A stretch of 64,000 bases of DNA from Elusimicrobiota bacterium (GTDB lineage: Bacteria; Elusimicrobiota; Elusimicrobia; UBA1565; UBA9628): assembly GCA_044450965.1 (NCBI GenBank), contig JBIOJO010000014.1, forward strand, positions 3,425 through 67,424. The letters run 5' to 3'. Shown one piece after another: positions 51,813 through 60,816 of the stretch. The notes under the pieces are model-generated. The model saw only the letters and a program-made list of their open reading frames with translations. It made no database searches and was not told the origin of the DNA. A program made the translations under genes and the position numbers. Position 1 is the first letter of the stretch. Each line of letters starts with the position of its first letter.

Positions 51813-52994
51813 TCAGCGGTCCCGGAAGCCGTGCACGTGGTTGCCGAACACGCCGGTCCACTGCAGGGCCACGGTGTGGCTTTTCGGAGTTCCCGCGACG
51901 TTGACGGCGGCCTCGGCGTAGGTCGCGCGCAGGCGCTGAAATTCCGTCACGTCATAGGTCAGGAAGCCCGTGAGGGTCTTGGTGTTCTTGCGCGGGTTGT
52001 CCTGGTCCTCGGTGAGGTCGGCCAGCGCGCCGCCGCGCCAATGGCGGCCGGACTTGATCTCCACGAACGAGTAGCCCGCGTACGAGACCCGGCGCGGCGC
52101 CGGGATATTCGTCGTCGGGTCGAAACGGCGCTCATCGTTCTGAAGAATTTCCGTACCCCACAGCAGTCCTTTATAAAGACCGCCAACGGGAGGCTGATAG
52201 CGGTAAGTGATATCGGCCCCGCTCAAAGAGCGCCAGGTGTCCACGCGCACGGGCACGCCGCCGGCCGTCGGAGCCACGGTTCGCTTCGGCGCCCACGCCG
52301 AGTCCACTCCCAGCTCGAGACTCTGGCTGTCGGTCAGGTCGACATACGTGTTCAGGCGGCCCAGGTAGGTGAACTCGTCGAGCGGCCGGGAGCCCGTCGG
52401 GTCCTGACGGGTGTTGTTGGCGCCCATCTTGTCGTACGCGCCGAACGTCGCCGTCACGAACAGGTCGGTCGGCAGAAGGAAAGAGGCCTCGATGCCGTCG
52501 GCCCGCGTCTCGCCGCCGATGTAGGTGTCGAGCGAGTTCGGCCGGTCGATGATCGGAAGCTCGTGATCGTGGAAATGCGCCAGCCGACCGAAGGTGGCGA
52601 ACAGGCGCCCGCCGCGCACGGTCATGTTGTGCGGAAGCGAGGTCGTCTCCAAAGTCGCCTCCTCCACGTCCACGCCCCCGTTGGAGCCGGTGATCACGGC
52701 CCACGCCTTTAAGTACGGGTCCACCGGCGCTTCCACGTTGAGCTCCGCGGCGCGGAACAGGAAGCCCGCCTTGTCGTTGTTGTCGCGGAACACCGTGTCC
52801 AGCGCCATGCCGATGGCCGGATTGAACGAGTTCAACGCGGCTTTCGCCGGCGCCCCCTCCAGCTTTTCGACGCGCTGCTGGAGATCCTTGATGATCGACT
52901 GCGTGTCCTGCGGCGCGGCGGCGTCCTGCGCCCGCGCGGACGGAGCGAGCACGGCGAGAAGAAATACGAAGAGCATGAGTTCGAGTCGAAACAT
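51813..52994 (-). CDS. Outer-membrane beta-barrel (metal-regulated porin/receptor-like)
   Basis: Signal peptide, short coiled coil, FNPAIG, APVDPY, VEEA, HFHDHE, TEFQRLR, C-terminal GNHVHGF. Confidence 0.8.
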   Translation of the reverse strand: MFRLELMLFVFLLAVLAPSARAQDAAAPQDTQSIIKDLQQRVEKLEGAPAKAALNSFNPAIGMALDTVFRDNNDKAGFLFRAAELNVEAPVDPYLKAWAVITGSNGGVDVEEATLETTSLPHNMTVRGGRLFATFGRLAHFHDHELPIIDRPNSLDTYIGGETRADGIEASFLLPTDLFVTATFGAYDKMGANNTRQDPTGSRPLDEFTYLGRLNTYVDLTDSQSLELGVDSAWAPKRTVAPTAGGVPVRVDTWRSLSGADITYRYQPPVGGLYKGLLWGTEILQNDERRFDPTTNIPAPRRVSYAGYSFVEIKSGRHWRGGALADLTEDQDNPRKNTKTLTGFLTYDVTEFQRLRATYAEAAVNVAGTPKSHTVALQWTGVFGNHVHGFRDR

Positions 52995-53055
52995 TGTCCC
53001 TCCCGGGGACGGCTATAAGGTGAAAGCGGCCCTGACGGGCCGGCGTCGGACGTAC

Positions 53056-53316
53056 TTAGGCGGGTCGGGAGGGAGGCGCTCGGGCGGGAACGGCGGATGT
53101 CCGCGCCGGGACGGTGCGGGAGACGACGAACGACGGAAGCGCGATCTCGATGGTCGACGCGACGGCGACCTTCGGGGCCGCGGCCTGAACACCGCCCGCC
53201 TGCTGGACGTGGCACGTCGCGCAGCCGCCGTCGGAGTCTCCGACGTGAGCGAACACGTGCAAGGTCGCGGTGGAAAGGAACAAAACCGCGACGACGGCCG
53301 CCACCCAGCGTCTCAT
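53056..53316 (-). CDS. DUF2946-like small leader protein with H-x3-H, CxxCH and C-terminal RAPP motif
   Basis: Signal/TM segment, then LHVFAH...CATCH...PARAPPS. First gene of the metal-uptake operon. Confidence 0.75.
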   Translation of the reverse strand: MRRWVAAVVAVLFLSTATLHVFAHVGDSDGGCATCHVQQAGGVQAAAPKVAVASTIEIALPSFVVSRTVPARTSAVPARAPPSRPA

Positions 53317-53322
53317 GGCTTC

Positions 53323-53358
53323 ACTCTAACAAGAATCAGGAGCGGGAATCAATTTTCA
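53323..53358 (-). promoter_or_regulatory. Promoter of metal-uptake operon with overlapping Fur-like box
   Basis: Extended -10 TGTTAGAGT ends 6 nt before ATG 53316. -35 TTGATT (53352-53347) lies inside TGAAAAT-TG-ATTCCCG (53358-53343). Confidence 0.55.
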
Positions 53359-53367
53359 TCGGCGCCG

Positions 53368-54291
53368 CTAGCTCGCGGCCTTATCGCCGCCGTCGGCTCC
53401 GCGGAACGCCAGGAGCTCGCTCAGGAATCCGGAGTTCTGCGGGATCAACGTGATCTCCGCCTTGCTCTCCAAGGTCTTCTGCGTCTCCAGGATCTCGAAC
53501 AGCGCCTCCAGGATGTCGGGCGAGGCGGAGATCTGCTTCAGCGCCTGGCCGACGATCTTCGGACGCAGCGCCGCCGCCTCGGCGAAGGCGATGGCCGCCG
53601 TGCGCTGGGCGGTGCTGGTGATGATGTTCACCTGGTTCTCGCCGTCCTGCTTGATGGCGGCGGTCACCTGGCGCAGGCGGTTCACCACCTTCTCCTCGAT
53701 CTGGTGGATCATGCCGGGGTCGCGGAAGTGGACCTTGCGGATGTAGACGGAGCCGAGACGGTAGCCCCACTCGTGGCTCTTCGGCGAGACCTCGTCGCGC
53801 ACGGTCTGGCTCATCTGGTGACGGTTGCCCAGCATGTCGGCCAATTTCATATTCGACAGCGAGCGCACCGTCGCGTTGCTGACGTTGGCCGCCAGGGAGC
53901 CGCGCGGATCGGCGTTCTTGAAGATGTAGGAGACCGGGTCCGAGATGTACATCTCGTACCAGATGCCGATGCCCATGGGCGCGCCTTCCTCCGAGTTCAC
54001 CGGCTCCGAGCGGCGGTAGACCTGGTCCATGCGCATGTCCAGCGTGTAGCACGTGCCGATCCAGTTCACGATGGGCGCCGCCGGGCCCAACCGGAACCAC
54101 AGGAAGTGGATGCCGGGCTCCTTGATCACGTCCAGCACGTTGCCGAACAGGACGTACACCTTGGCCGTGCCCTCGTTGACGATCGTATAGAAGCCGAACA
54201 TCCTCAGCACGCCGAACAGGATCGGCACGCCGATGAAGCAGCCCAGGAAGGTCGCCATTCCGGCGACGAAGAAAGGTCCCATGAAGTCCAT
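53368..54291 (-). CDS. SPFH/band-7 domain protein
   Basis: N-terminal TM, TIVNEG...LFGNV...EPGIHF, WGYRLGSVYIRKVHF, C-terminal coiled coil. Confidence 0.85.
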   Translation of the reverse strand: MDFMGPFFVAGMATFLGCFIGVPILFGVLRMFGFYTIVNEGTAKVYVLFGNVLDVIKEPGIHFLWFRLGPAAPIVNWIGTCYTLDMRMDQVYRRSEPVNSEEGAPMGIGIWYEMYISDPVSYIFKNADPRGSLAANVSNATVRSLSNMKLADMLGNRHQMSQTVRDEVSPKSHEWGYRLGSVYIRKVHFRDPGMIHQIEEKVVNRLRQVTAAIKQDGENQVNIITSTAQRTAAIAFAEAAALRPKIVGQALKQISASPDILEALFEILETQKTLESKAEITLIPQNSGFLSELLAFRGADGGDKAAS

Positions 54292-54292
54292 A

Positions 54293-55312
54293 TCAGCGGC
54301 CTCCCCACGACTTCGTTTCCAGCACGAACTGCTTGGCCGTGGCGTACAGGCTGAGGCGCACGTTGCGCAGATAGGCGATCAGGGCCTGCTCGCCGCCCAC
54401 GGCCTTCAGGTCGGTCAGCTGCTTGGCCATGGCGGTCAGCGGCTCCACCTCGGCCTGCGCCTTCAGCGTCTCGATCTCGACGGCGCGCTTGGACTGCACG
54501 ATCTTCTGGTCGGCCGCCGCCTGGGACAGGCTGATCGCCGAGGAAACCTCGTTGTGCGCGGTGTTGATCGCCGCCAGCGCCGACTCGACGTCGTGGGGAG
54601 GGTCGATGCCCGTGATGAGGGACGCGTCCAGCACGATGCCGTAGCGCGCCGTGGACGACCGGCAGTCCCGGTCCATGGCGTCGTTGAGTGAGCGCACGTT
54701 CTTGCGGATGTCGTTGATCGAGATGCCGCTCACGTCGCTGAGGCCCGTCGCCTGCGTGTTGGCCGCCAGCGCCGCGGAGGCCGCGGTCTTCGGCGCCTCG
54801 AAGGTCGCGATCTTCTCGCGCAGGACCGACACGAAGTAGCCCATCACGTGCACGATCGGCGCCTTGATGCCGAACAGGTAGGCGTAGAGATTGCGCTCGG
54901 ACACCCGGTAGCGGATCTGCCCGGTGAGGCCGGTGTTCAGCTGGTCCATCGTCACCGCTTCCAGGATCGTCCCGCCCTGGTTGGCCTCCGGCGTCTCCGG
55001 GTCCAGCGCGATGTTCACGCTCTGCGTCGCCACCGAGACCTTGTAGACGCGCTCCCAGGGCCACTTGAAGTACGGGCCGCCGGGCGGGATCACCCGCAGC
55101 TGCGGATAGTTGTAGCGCTCCTTCTCGTCGCCGGACAAAGTCGCGACCATCTCCGGGTCGTCCAGCGTGGATTTGCCGTCGATGCGGTCCGCGCGCCCGA
55201 AGCTGGTTTTCACCGCGCGCTCGTTTTGATCGACGGTGTATAGCCCGGCGACTAGGTAATTCAAGAGGAACCACGCCACGAAGCCGCAGAACACTCCGAA
55301 AAGAACACCCAT
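54293..55312 (-). CDS. SPFH/band-7 domain protein
   Basis: N-terminal TM, YTVDQNERAVKTSFG, PGGPYFKWPW, YGIVLDASLITGIDPP, Ala-rich coiled coil. Confidence 0.85.
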   Translation of the reverse strand: MGVLFGVFCGFVAWFLLNYLVAGLYTVDQNERAVKTSFGRADRIDGKSTLDDPEMVATLSGDEKERYNYPQLRVIPPGGPYFKWPWERVYKVSVATQSVNIALDPETPEANQGGTILEAVTMDQLNTGLTGQIRYRVSERNLYAYLFGIKAPIVHVMGYFVSVLREKIATFEAPKTAASAALAANTQATGLSDVSGISINDIRKNVRSLNDAMDRDCRSSTARYGIVLDASLITGIDPPHDVESALAAINTAHNEVSSAISLSQAAADQKIVQSKRAVEIETLKAQAEVEPLTAMAKQLTDLKAVGGEQALIAYLRNVRLSLYATAKQFVLETKSWGGR

Positions 55313-55359
55313 GTTGTTTTCCTTTTGTGAATCCGGCCGATATTTGTGTAACTCGCGGC

Positions 55360-55388
55360 AGTGTACCCCCGCTCCGGCACCGCGTCAA
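55360..55388 (-). promoter_or_regulatory. Sigma70 promoter of SPFH pair
   Basis: TTGACG (55388-55383), 17 nt, TACACT (55365-55360). AAAGGA SD before ATG 55312. Confidence 0.6.
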
Positions 55389-55472
55389 GCCCGATTCGCC
55401 GTAGGCCCATTAGACCGGGAATCGTGCCATCCGCCCCATGCGGCCGCATCGGTCCTCCGTTATCCTGTGAGC

Positions 55473-56519
55473 ATGAAGAGAATTTCCTTGGCCGTGGTCC
55501 TGCTCGGAGCCGCGTTCGTCCCGTCCCGCGCCCAGACAGACCCGGCCCCCGCCGCGACGCCGGACCAGGCGCTGGCCGCCCGTCTTCGGGCGCTCGGACC
55601 CATGACCCCGGACCAGGCCCGCACGGACCTCAAGACGCGTTCCGCCTCCGGCGACGAGGCCGCGCGCGATCTTCTCGACGCCATCGACCAGCCGGGCCCG
55701 AAACGCGCCGCCCTCCTGGCCCGCCTGAAGCCGCAGGACCCCGACGACGCCCTCGCGGCCGACTTCCACCGCCTCGCCGCGACCAATGAGAGCGCCCGCG
55801 CCCGCGTCCGCGCCCTGGCCATGCTCACCGGCCCCGGCTTCCACGGCATCCCCACCCCGGGCAAGGGCGAGGGCGGCTGGGAGAACCAGACCGAGATCTT
55901 CGGCGGCTCCAGCCGCGCGGGAGACCTGCGCACGCCCGTCCTGGGCGTCTCCCACTCCTCCGAATTTTCCCGCGGGCCGTGGGCCGCCAGCGTGGAGCTG
56001 CGCGGCCAGGTCACGCCGGAAGGCGAAGCCCGCCCCGGCTCCCAGCAGGTGACGTTGGGAGTCGCTCGCCGCTTGGGCGACACCCCGTTCAGCGTTTACG
56101 CCGAAGCCGAGCACCGCAACGACGACTACTTCGGCCTGCGCCACGACGACACCGTGCAGGTCGGCGTCCAGCGCGAGGTCGCTCTCGAGATCGGCCGCAA
56201 CAGCCTGGAACTGCGCGCCGCCGCCGCCGCCGTCAAGGAACTGAGCGGCGACATGGCCCTGCACCCGGTCGCCCGCCTGGCCGCGGACTACACGTTCAAG
56301 TTCACCGAGAAGCTCAGCGCCGTCCTGGGCGGGGAGTTCGAGATCAACCCCGCGCAGCGGATCGACCACGAGGTCCAGGGCGTCGCCGCGCTCGTCTACA
56401 GCGTCAGCAAGAACGTGGCCGTGCGCCTGGCCCAGACCTACGAGAAGCGCGGCGAGGCGATCGACGGCTTCCCCAATACGCACACCCAGACCACCTTGGG
56501 CCTGGTCGTCCACTACTGA
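55473..56519 (+). CDS. Outer-membrane beta-barrel protein (DUF481-like) with helical N-domain
   Basis: Signal peptide, amphipathic strands, C-terminal TQTTLGLVVHY beta-signal. Confidence 0.75.
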   Translation: MKRISLAVVLLGAAFVPSRAQTDPAPAATPDQALAARLRALGPMTPDQARTDLKTRSASGDEAARDLLDAIDQPGPKRAALLARLKPQDPDDALAADFHRLAATNESARARVRALAMLTGPGFHGIPTPGKGEGGWENQTEIFGGSSRAGDLRTPVLGVSHSSEFSRGPWAASVELRGQVTPEGEARPGSQQVTLGVARRLGDTPFSVYAEAEHRNDDYFGLRHDDTVQVGVQREVALEIGRNSLELRAAAAAVKELSGDMALHPVARLAADYTFKFTEKLSAVLGGEFEINPAQRIDHEVQGVAALVYSVSKNVAVRLAQTYEKRGEAIDGFPNTHTQTTLGLVVHY

Positions 56520-56739
56520 TCTCTCCGCGAAAGAACGGACGAAACTTTCTCCGGACTCCTTCGTTTTCGCCGAAATGATGACGGATTAATCAGCATTATT
56601 CACATCGCGCGCGCGATGCGGATAGTGATTATTTTTTCGATATTATTTTACACGAAGCACAGGATTTACACCGCAACTTCTCGGAACGAAATGCGCCCTT
56701 CATCCGTACGTGAAGCAGGGCCCGCGCCCGAGGAGCGCC

Positions 56740-57783
56740 ATGTCGAAGAATTTGACCGCACTGTCGGATGCCGAACTCGCCGAGTCGCTGAAGTCTTTGA
56801 CTCGCGATGAAAGAGGGCGGCTGGTTCTCGTTCTGAAGCACCTCGCCGAAATGGATCGCCGGCGGTACGCGATCAACGCCGGATTTCCCTCGCTCTTCGA
56901 ATACTGCGTGCGCGAACTGCGCTACGCGCAGGGAGAAGCCGCTCGCCGAATCCATGCGGCCCGGGCGGCGGCGAAATTTTCGATCCTGTATCGCGCGCTC
57001 GAACGAGGCCTCCTGTCACTGACGACGGTGTCCTTGCTCGCGCCGCACCTGAAATGGGACAATCACCGGAGGCTGATCCGTTCCGCGGCCGGACGTTCCA
57101 CGCGCGAGGCCGAGGCCCTGGTCGCGGCTCTGACTTCCGTGCCCCCACCCATGGAACGAATCCGCTTTGTCGGCCCCGCCGATCCGGCGCCGGCACGGAC
57201 TCCCCCCGCAGTGGATCATCATGACGACTTGTTCTCCTCCGCTCCGGCCGCGCACGCGCCCACCCTGAACGAAAGGCCTCCGCAAAATGCGCCGCCTTCC
57301 ATAACGGTTCGGCGCGTTCATTTCTTCTTCACGGCGGACGAAGCGCTTTTGCGGGACATCGAACGCGCGCGGGAACTGCTCCACCGCCGTTCGACGGGAG
57401 GCGGATTGGAGTTCGTGTTCGCTGCGGCGCTGCGCGCGTTGCTGCAAGACATCGATCCGGAACGCCGCGCGGCTCGGGCGGACCGCCGCAGCGGCTCGGC
57501 GAAAACTTCATTGACGCGCCGCCGCGCCGTCCCTCGCCGCGTCAAGGAGGAGGTCTGGAAGCGCGATGGGGGCCGGTGCGCGTTTCTTTCCGCGGAAGGT
57601 CGACGCTGCGGAACGCGTTCACGTTTGGAATTCGACCACGTGACGCCATGGGCGCTGGGCGGTGTCTCCGACGACCCCGCCAATCTGCGCCTGCTGTGCC
57701 GGGCCCACAACGATCTGGCGGCGCGGCGGGTCTTCGGCGACGCCGCCATCGACGCGGCCGCCGTCCATCGGCGCTCCTCTTGA
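56740..57783 (+). CDS. HNH endonuclease with DUF222-like helical N-terminal domain
   Basis: GAGGAG SD. HLAEMDRR...GFPSLFEYC...L.YAQGEAARR N-domain. VWKRDGGRC...C...LEFDHVTP...GG...NLRLLCRAHN. Confidence 0.9.
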   Translation: MSKNLTALSDAELAESLKSLTRDERGRLVLVLKHLAEMDRRRYAINAGFPSLFEYCVRELRYAQGEAARRIHAARAAAKFSILYRALERGLLSLTTVSLLAPHLKWDNHRRLIRSAAGRSTREAEALVAALTSVPPPMERIRFVGPADPAPARTPPAVDHHDDLFSSAPAAHAPTLNERPPQNAPPSITVRRVHFFFTADEALLRDIERARELLHRRSTGGGLEFVFAAALRALLQDIDPERRAARADRRSGSAKTSLTRRRAVPRRVKEEVWKRDGGRCAFLSAEGRRCGTRSRLEFDHVTPWALGGVSDDPANLRLLCRAHNDLAARRVFGDAAIDAAAVHRRSS

Positions 57784-57819
57784 TGTAAACTGTTCTTCAC
57801 TCGCGGAGGAACGGAATCG

Positions 57820-59697
57820 ATGGCCATTCAAGAGCTGACCCAGGAACAGATTCTCACCATGACGGCGGCGGAGAAGGACCGCTGGTGGCTGAAGAACGTC
57901 TACAAGGGCGACATGCCCCAGCTCAACTTCCGCTCCGCCGCGACCGGCATGCTCCTGGGCGGCGTGCTGTGCCTGACCAATCTCTACGTCGGCATCCGCA
58001 CCGGCTGGACGCTCGGCGTCGGCATCACCTCGGTCATCCTCTCCTTCGCGATGTTCAAGGTCCTTTCCAAGCTGAAGCTGGGAAAGGAGATGACGGTGCT
58101 GGAAAACAACGCGATGCAGTCCATCGCCACCAGCGCCGGGTACATGACCGCGCCGCTCGTCTCCTCCATGGCCGCGTACATGGCCGTCACCGGCAAGATG
58201 ATCCCCTGGCAGCACACCATGATCTGGCTGATCGTTCTGGGCGTCATGGGCGTCTTGTTCGCCTTCCCTCTCAAGAAGCGCTTCATCAACGACGAGCAGC
58301 TCCCGTTCCCGGAGGGCTACGCCGCCGGCATCGTGATGGACAACCTCCACACCGGCACGGGAGAGGAGGGCGTGTTCAAGGCCAAGCTCCTGGGGGCCGG
58401 GGCCGCGGTCGCCGCGTCGGTCGAGATCATGGGCGACGACAAGGTCATGAACTCCATGCACCTGGGCTGGCTGGGCCTGCCCGCGCACTGGGACGACTTC
58501 CTGTATAAGTGGTTCACGCCGTCCTTGATGGGCACCCCCCTCAAGGACCTGACCATTCAGTTCGATTCCTCCCTGGTCATGGTGGCGGCGGGCGGGCTGA
58601 TGGGCATGAAGACCGCGATCTCCTTGATGGTCGGCGCGGTCCTGAACTACATGATCCTGGCCCCGTACCTGATCAAGCTGGGCGTGATCCATGGCACCGG
58701 CTTCAAGAACATCACCATGTGGGCGCTGTGGGGCGGCGTCGCCGTGATGACGACCTCGTCCATCTACTCGTTCCTCTCCAAGCCCCAGGTCATCCTCCAG
58801 TCCTTCCAAGGCATGTTCAAGAAGAAGAAAGCGGGCGAGGAGGACGTCCTCAAGGACATCGAACTGCCGATGTGGGTGTTCGCCGCCGGCATCCCGATCG
58901 TCGGGGTCCTCACGGTCTGGGCCGGCCACGCGTTCTTCGACATCGGCTGGTGGCTGGGCCTGATCGCGATTCCCCTGGTCTTCGTCTTCACTTTGATCGC
59001 CGTAAACTCCACGGGCCTCACCTCCATCACGCCGACGGGCGCCCTGGGCAAGCTGACCCAGCTGTCCTTCAGCGTGCTGGCGCCCAACAACATCACCACC
59101 AACATCATGACGGCCGGCATCACCGGCGAGGTGGCTTCCAGCGCCGCGAACCTGCTGATGGACATCAAGCCCGGCTACATGCTGGGCGGCAAGCCGCGCC
59201 ACCAGGCGCTCGGCCACGTCCTGGGCATCTTCGCCGGAGCCCTGGTCTCGGTGCCGGTGTTCTACCTCATGATCCACGGCGACCTGTCTTTGCTGATGTC
59301 CGAAAAGCTGCCCATGCCGGCCGCGGAGATTTGGATGGCCGTCGCCAAGATCCTGACGCAGGGCCTGAGCTTCCTGCATCCGACGGCTCGGCTGGCCATC
59401 CTGGTCGGCGCCGTCCTGGGGCTGGTCATCGAGTTCGCCAACCAGCGCACGCAGGGCCGCTTCCCGATCTCCGGCGTGGGCCTGGGACTGGCCTTCGTCC
59501 TGAAATTCAGCGACTCCCTGTCCATGGCGCTGGGCGCGGTGCTGTTCTGGCTGGCGGGAAAGTACTTCACCGAAAAGAAAAGTTTCGGCTGGCGCGCCTT
59601 CGTGGACAACCAGGAGACCGTCTGCGCCGGCGCCATCGCCGGCGGCTCGATCATCGGATTGGTGCTGATCCTCCTGGAGACCGTCGTCCTGAAATAA
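57820..59697 (+). CDS. OPT/YSL-family oligopeptide or metal-chelate transporter
   Basis: NLYVGIRTGW, LENNAMQSIATS, LPFPEG, LLMDIKPGYMLG, MPAAEIW; many TM segments. Confidence 0.93.
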   Translation: MAIQELTQEQILTMTAAEKDRWWLKNVYKGDMPQLNFRSAATGMLLGGVLCLTNLYVGIRTGWTLGVGITSVILSFAMFKVLSKLKLGKEMTVLENNAMQSIATSAGYMTAPLVSSMAAYMAVTGKMIPWQHTMIWLIVLGVMGVLFAFPLKKRFINDEQLPFPEGYAAGIVMDNLHTGTGEEGVFKAKLLGAGAAVAASVEIMGDDKVMNSMHLGWLGLPAHWDDFLYKWFTPSLMGTPLKDLTIQFDSSLVMVAAGGLMGMKTAISLMVGAVLNYMILAPYLIKLGVIHGTGFKNITMWALWGGVAVMTTSSIYSFLSKPQVILQSFQGMFKKKKAGEEDVLKDIELPMWVFAAGIPIVGVLTVWAGHAFFDIGWWLGLIAIPLVFVFTLIAVNSTGLTSITPTGALGKLTQLSFSVLAPNNITTNIMTAGITGEVASSAANLLMDIKPGYMLGGKPRHQALGHVLGIFAGALVSVPVFYLMIHGDLSLLMSEKLPMPAAEIWMAVAKILTQGLSFLHPTARLAILVGAVLGLVIEFANQRTQGRFPISGVGLGLAFVLKFSDSLSMALGAVLFWLAGKYFTEKKSFGWRAFVDNQETVCAGAIAGGSIIGLVLILLETVVLK

Positions 59698-60812
59698 TGC
59701 CCACCAGCCTCGCGGCCCTCCTGATTCTTTTCACCGCGGGAACCGCCGCCGCGCACGACTACCCGATCAAGCCGGTGCTCGCCGTGCTCCGAGTGGAGCC
59801 GGACCGCGTCGTCGCGGACCTGGACAGCGACTCGATCTATTGGATCGAGGAAGTCGTCGGCCTGCACCCGCTGCCGCCGCGCGACTGGCCCGCCGACGCC
59901 CGCGCGCGGGCCGAAAAATACGTCAACGAGCGCCTCCGTCTCTCCGTCGACGGCAAGCCGCTTCACGGCAGGCTCCTGGAGGCCTCCTACGTCCAGCGCC
60001 CGTGGGAGGTCAACGAACAAGGCCGCGTCCGTCTGCGGCTTTCCTATCCTCCCGTCGCCGACGGCGGGACGTTGAGCGGCGAGATGGACTTTTTCGAGGA
60101 CTACCGTCAGGAGCGGCTGGCCGCCAAGGAAGCCCTCCTCTCCTTCATGGACTTCCGCGGCCTGCTGTCGATCCCCGGGCGCGTCCCGCGCGAGTTCGAG
60201 CTGAAGCCGGGATCGTTCGCCTTCTCCGTGCCCGTCGCGGACGCCCGTCGCGGCGCGTTCGCCCGCTTTCTGGAGAGCGCGCGCGTCGGCGCGCTTTCGT
60301 CGCTCGACGCCATCGAGGGCTGGGCGGCCCTGGCCGCTCTGGCCCTGTCGCTGGCGCCGGGCGCTCCTTCGCGGCGGCGCGCGGCGCTGCTGCTCGCCGC
60401 GGCGGCCGCGGGCGCCGCGCCGTGGCCCGGAGCGGCGGCCGTCCCTCTGGAGTGGGCCGCCGGCGCCGCGGCGGCGCTGGCCGCCGGACGCTGGCTGGGC
60501 GTCGCGGCCGTCCCTTGGCTGGAAGCCGCGGCGCTGGCCGCCCTGACCCGCGCATGGACGATCCAAAGCCTCCCTCTGCTGCCCCTGTCGGCGCCCGGCG
60601 CGCTGGAACACGCCGGCGCGGCGCTGGGGTTGCTCGCCGCCGCCGCCGCCGCCTTGGCCGCCGGCGTCGCCGCGGCGACGGCCGACCGCCGCGCCATGGA
60701 CGCGCATTCCCAATCGCGCGCGCCGGAGCTTTTCGATCGACGCCGCCGCCTCGCCGCGACCGCGCTCCTCCTGATCTGCGGCTGCGGACTCTTCGCCACC
60801 TTCCCGAGATGA
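59697..60812 (+). CDS. Exported/membrane hypothetical protein (HupE/UreJ-like layout)
   Basis: Signal peptide followed by His (AAAHD), periplasmic beta domain, Ala-rich TM C-terminus. Confidence 0.6.
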   Translation: MPTSLAALLILFTAGTAAAHDYPIKPVLAVLRVEPDRVVADLDSDSIYWIEEVVGLHPLPPRDWPADARARAEKYVNERLRLSVDGKPLHGRLLEASYVQRPWEVNEQGRVRLRLSYPPVADGGTLSGEMDFFEDYRQERLAAKEALLSFMDFRGLLSIPGRVPREFELKPGSFAFSVPVADARRGAFARFLESARVGALSSLDAIEGWAALAALALSLAPGAPSRRRAALLLAAAAAGAAPWPGAAAVPLEWAAGAAAALAAGRWLGVAAVPWLEAAALAALTRAWTIQSLPLLPLSAPGALEHAGAALGLLAAAAAALAAGVAAATADRRAMDAHSQSRAPELFDRRRRLAATALLLICGCGLFATFPR

Positions 60813-60816
60813 GACC

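Noticed and set aside
53200-53235. CxxCH as a c-type cytochrome heme site
   Set aside because: The protein is only 86 aa with DUF2946/RAPP leader layout, so a metal-sensing CxxC is more parsimonious. Heme binding is not formally excluded.
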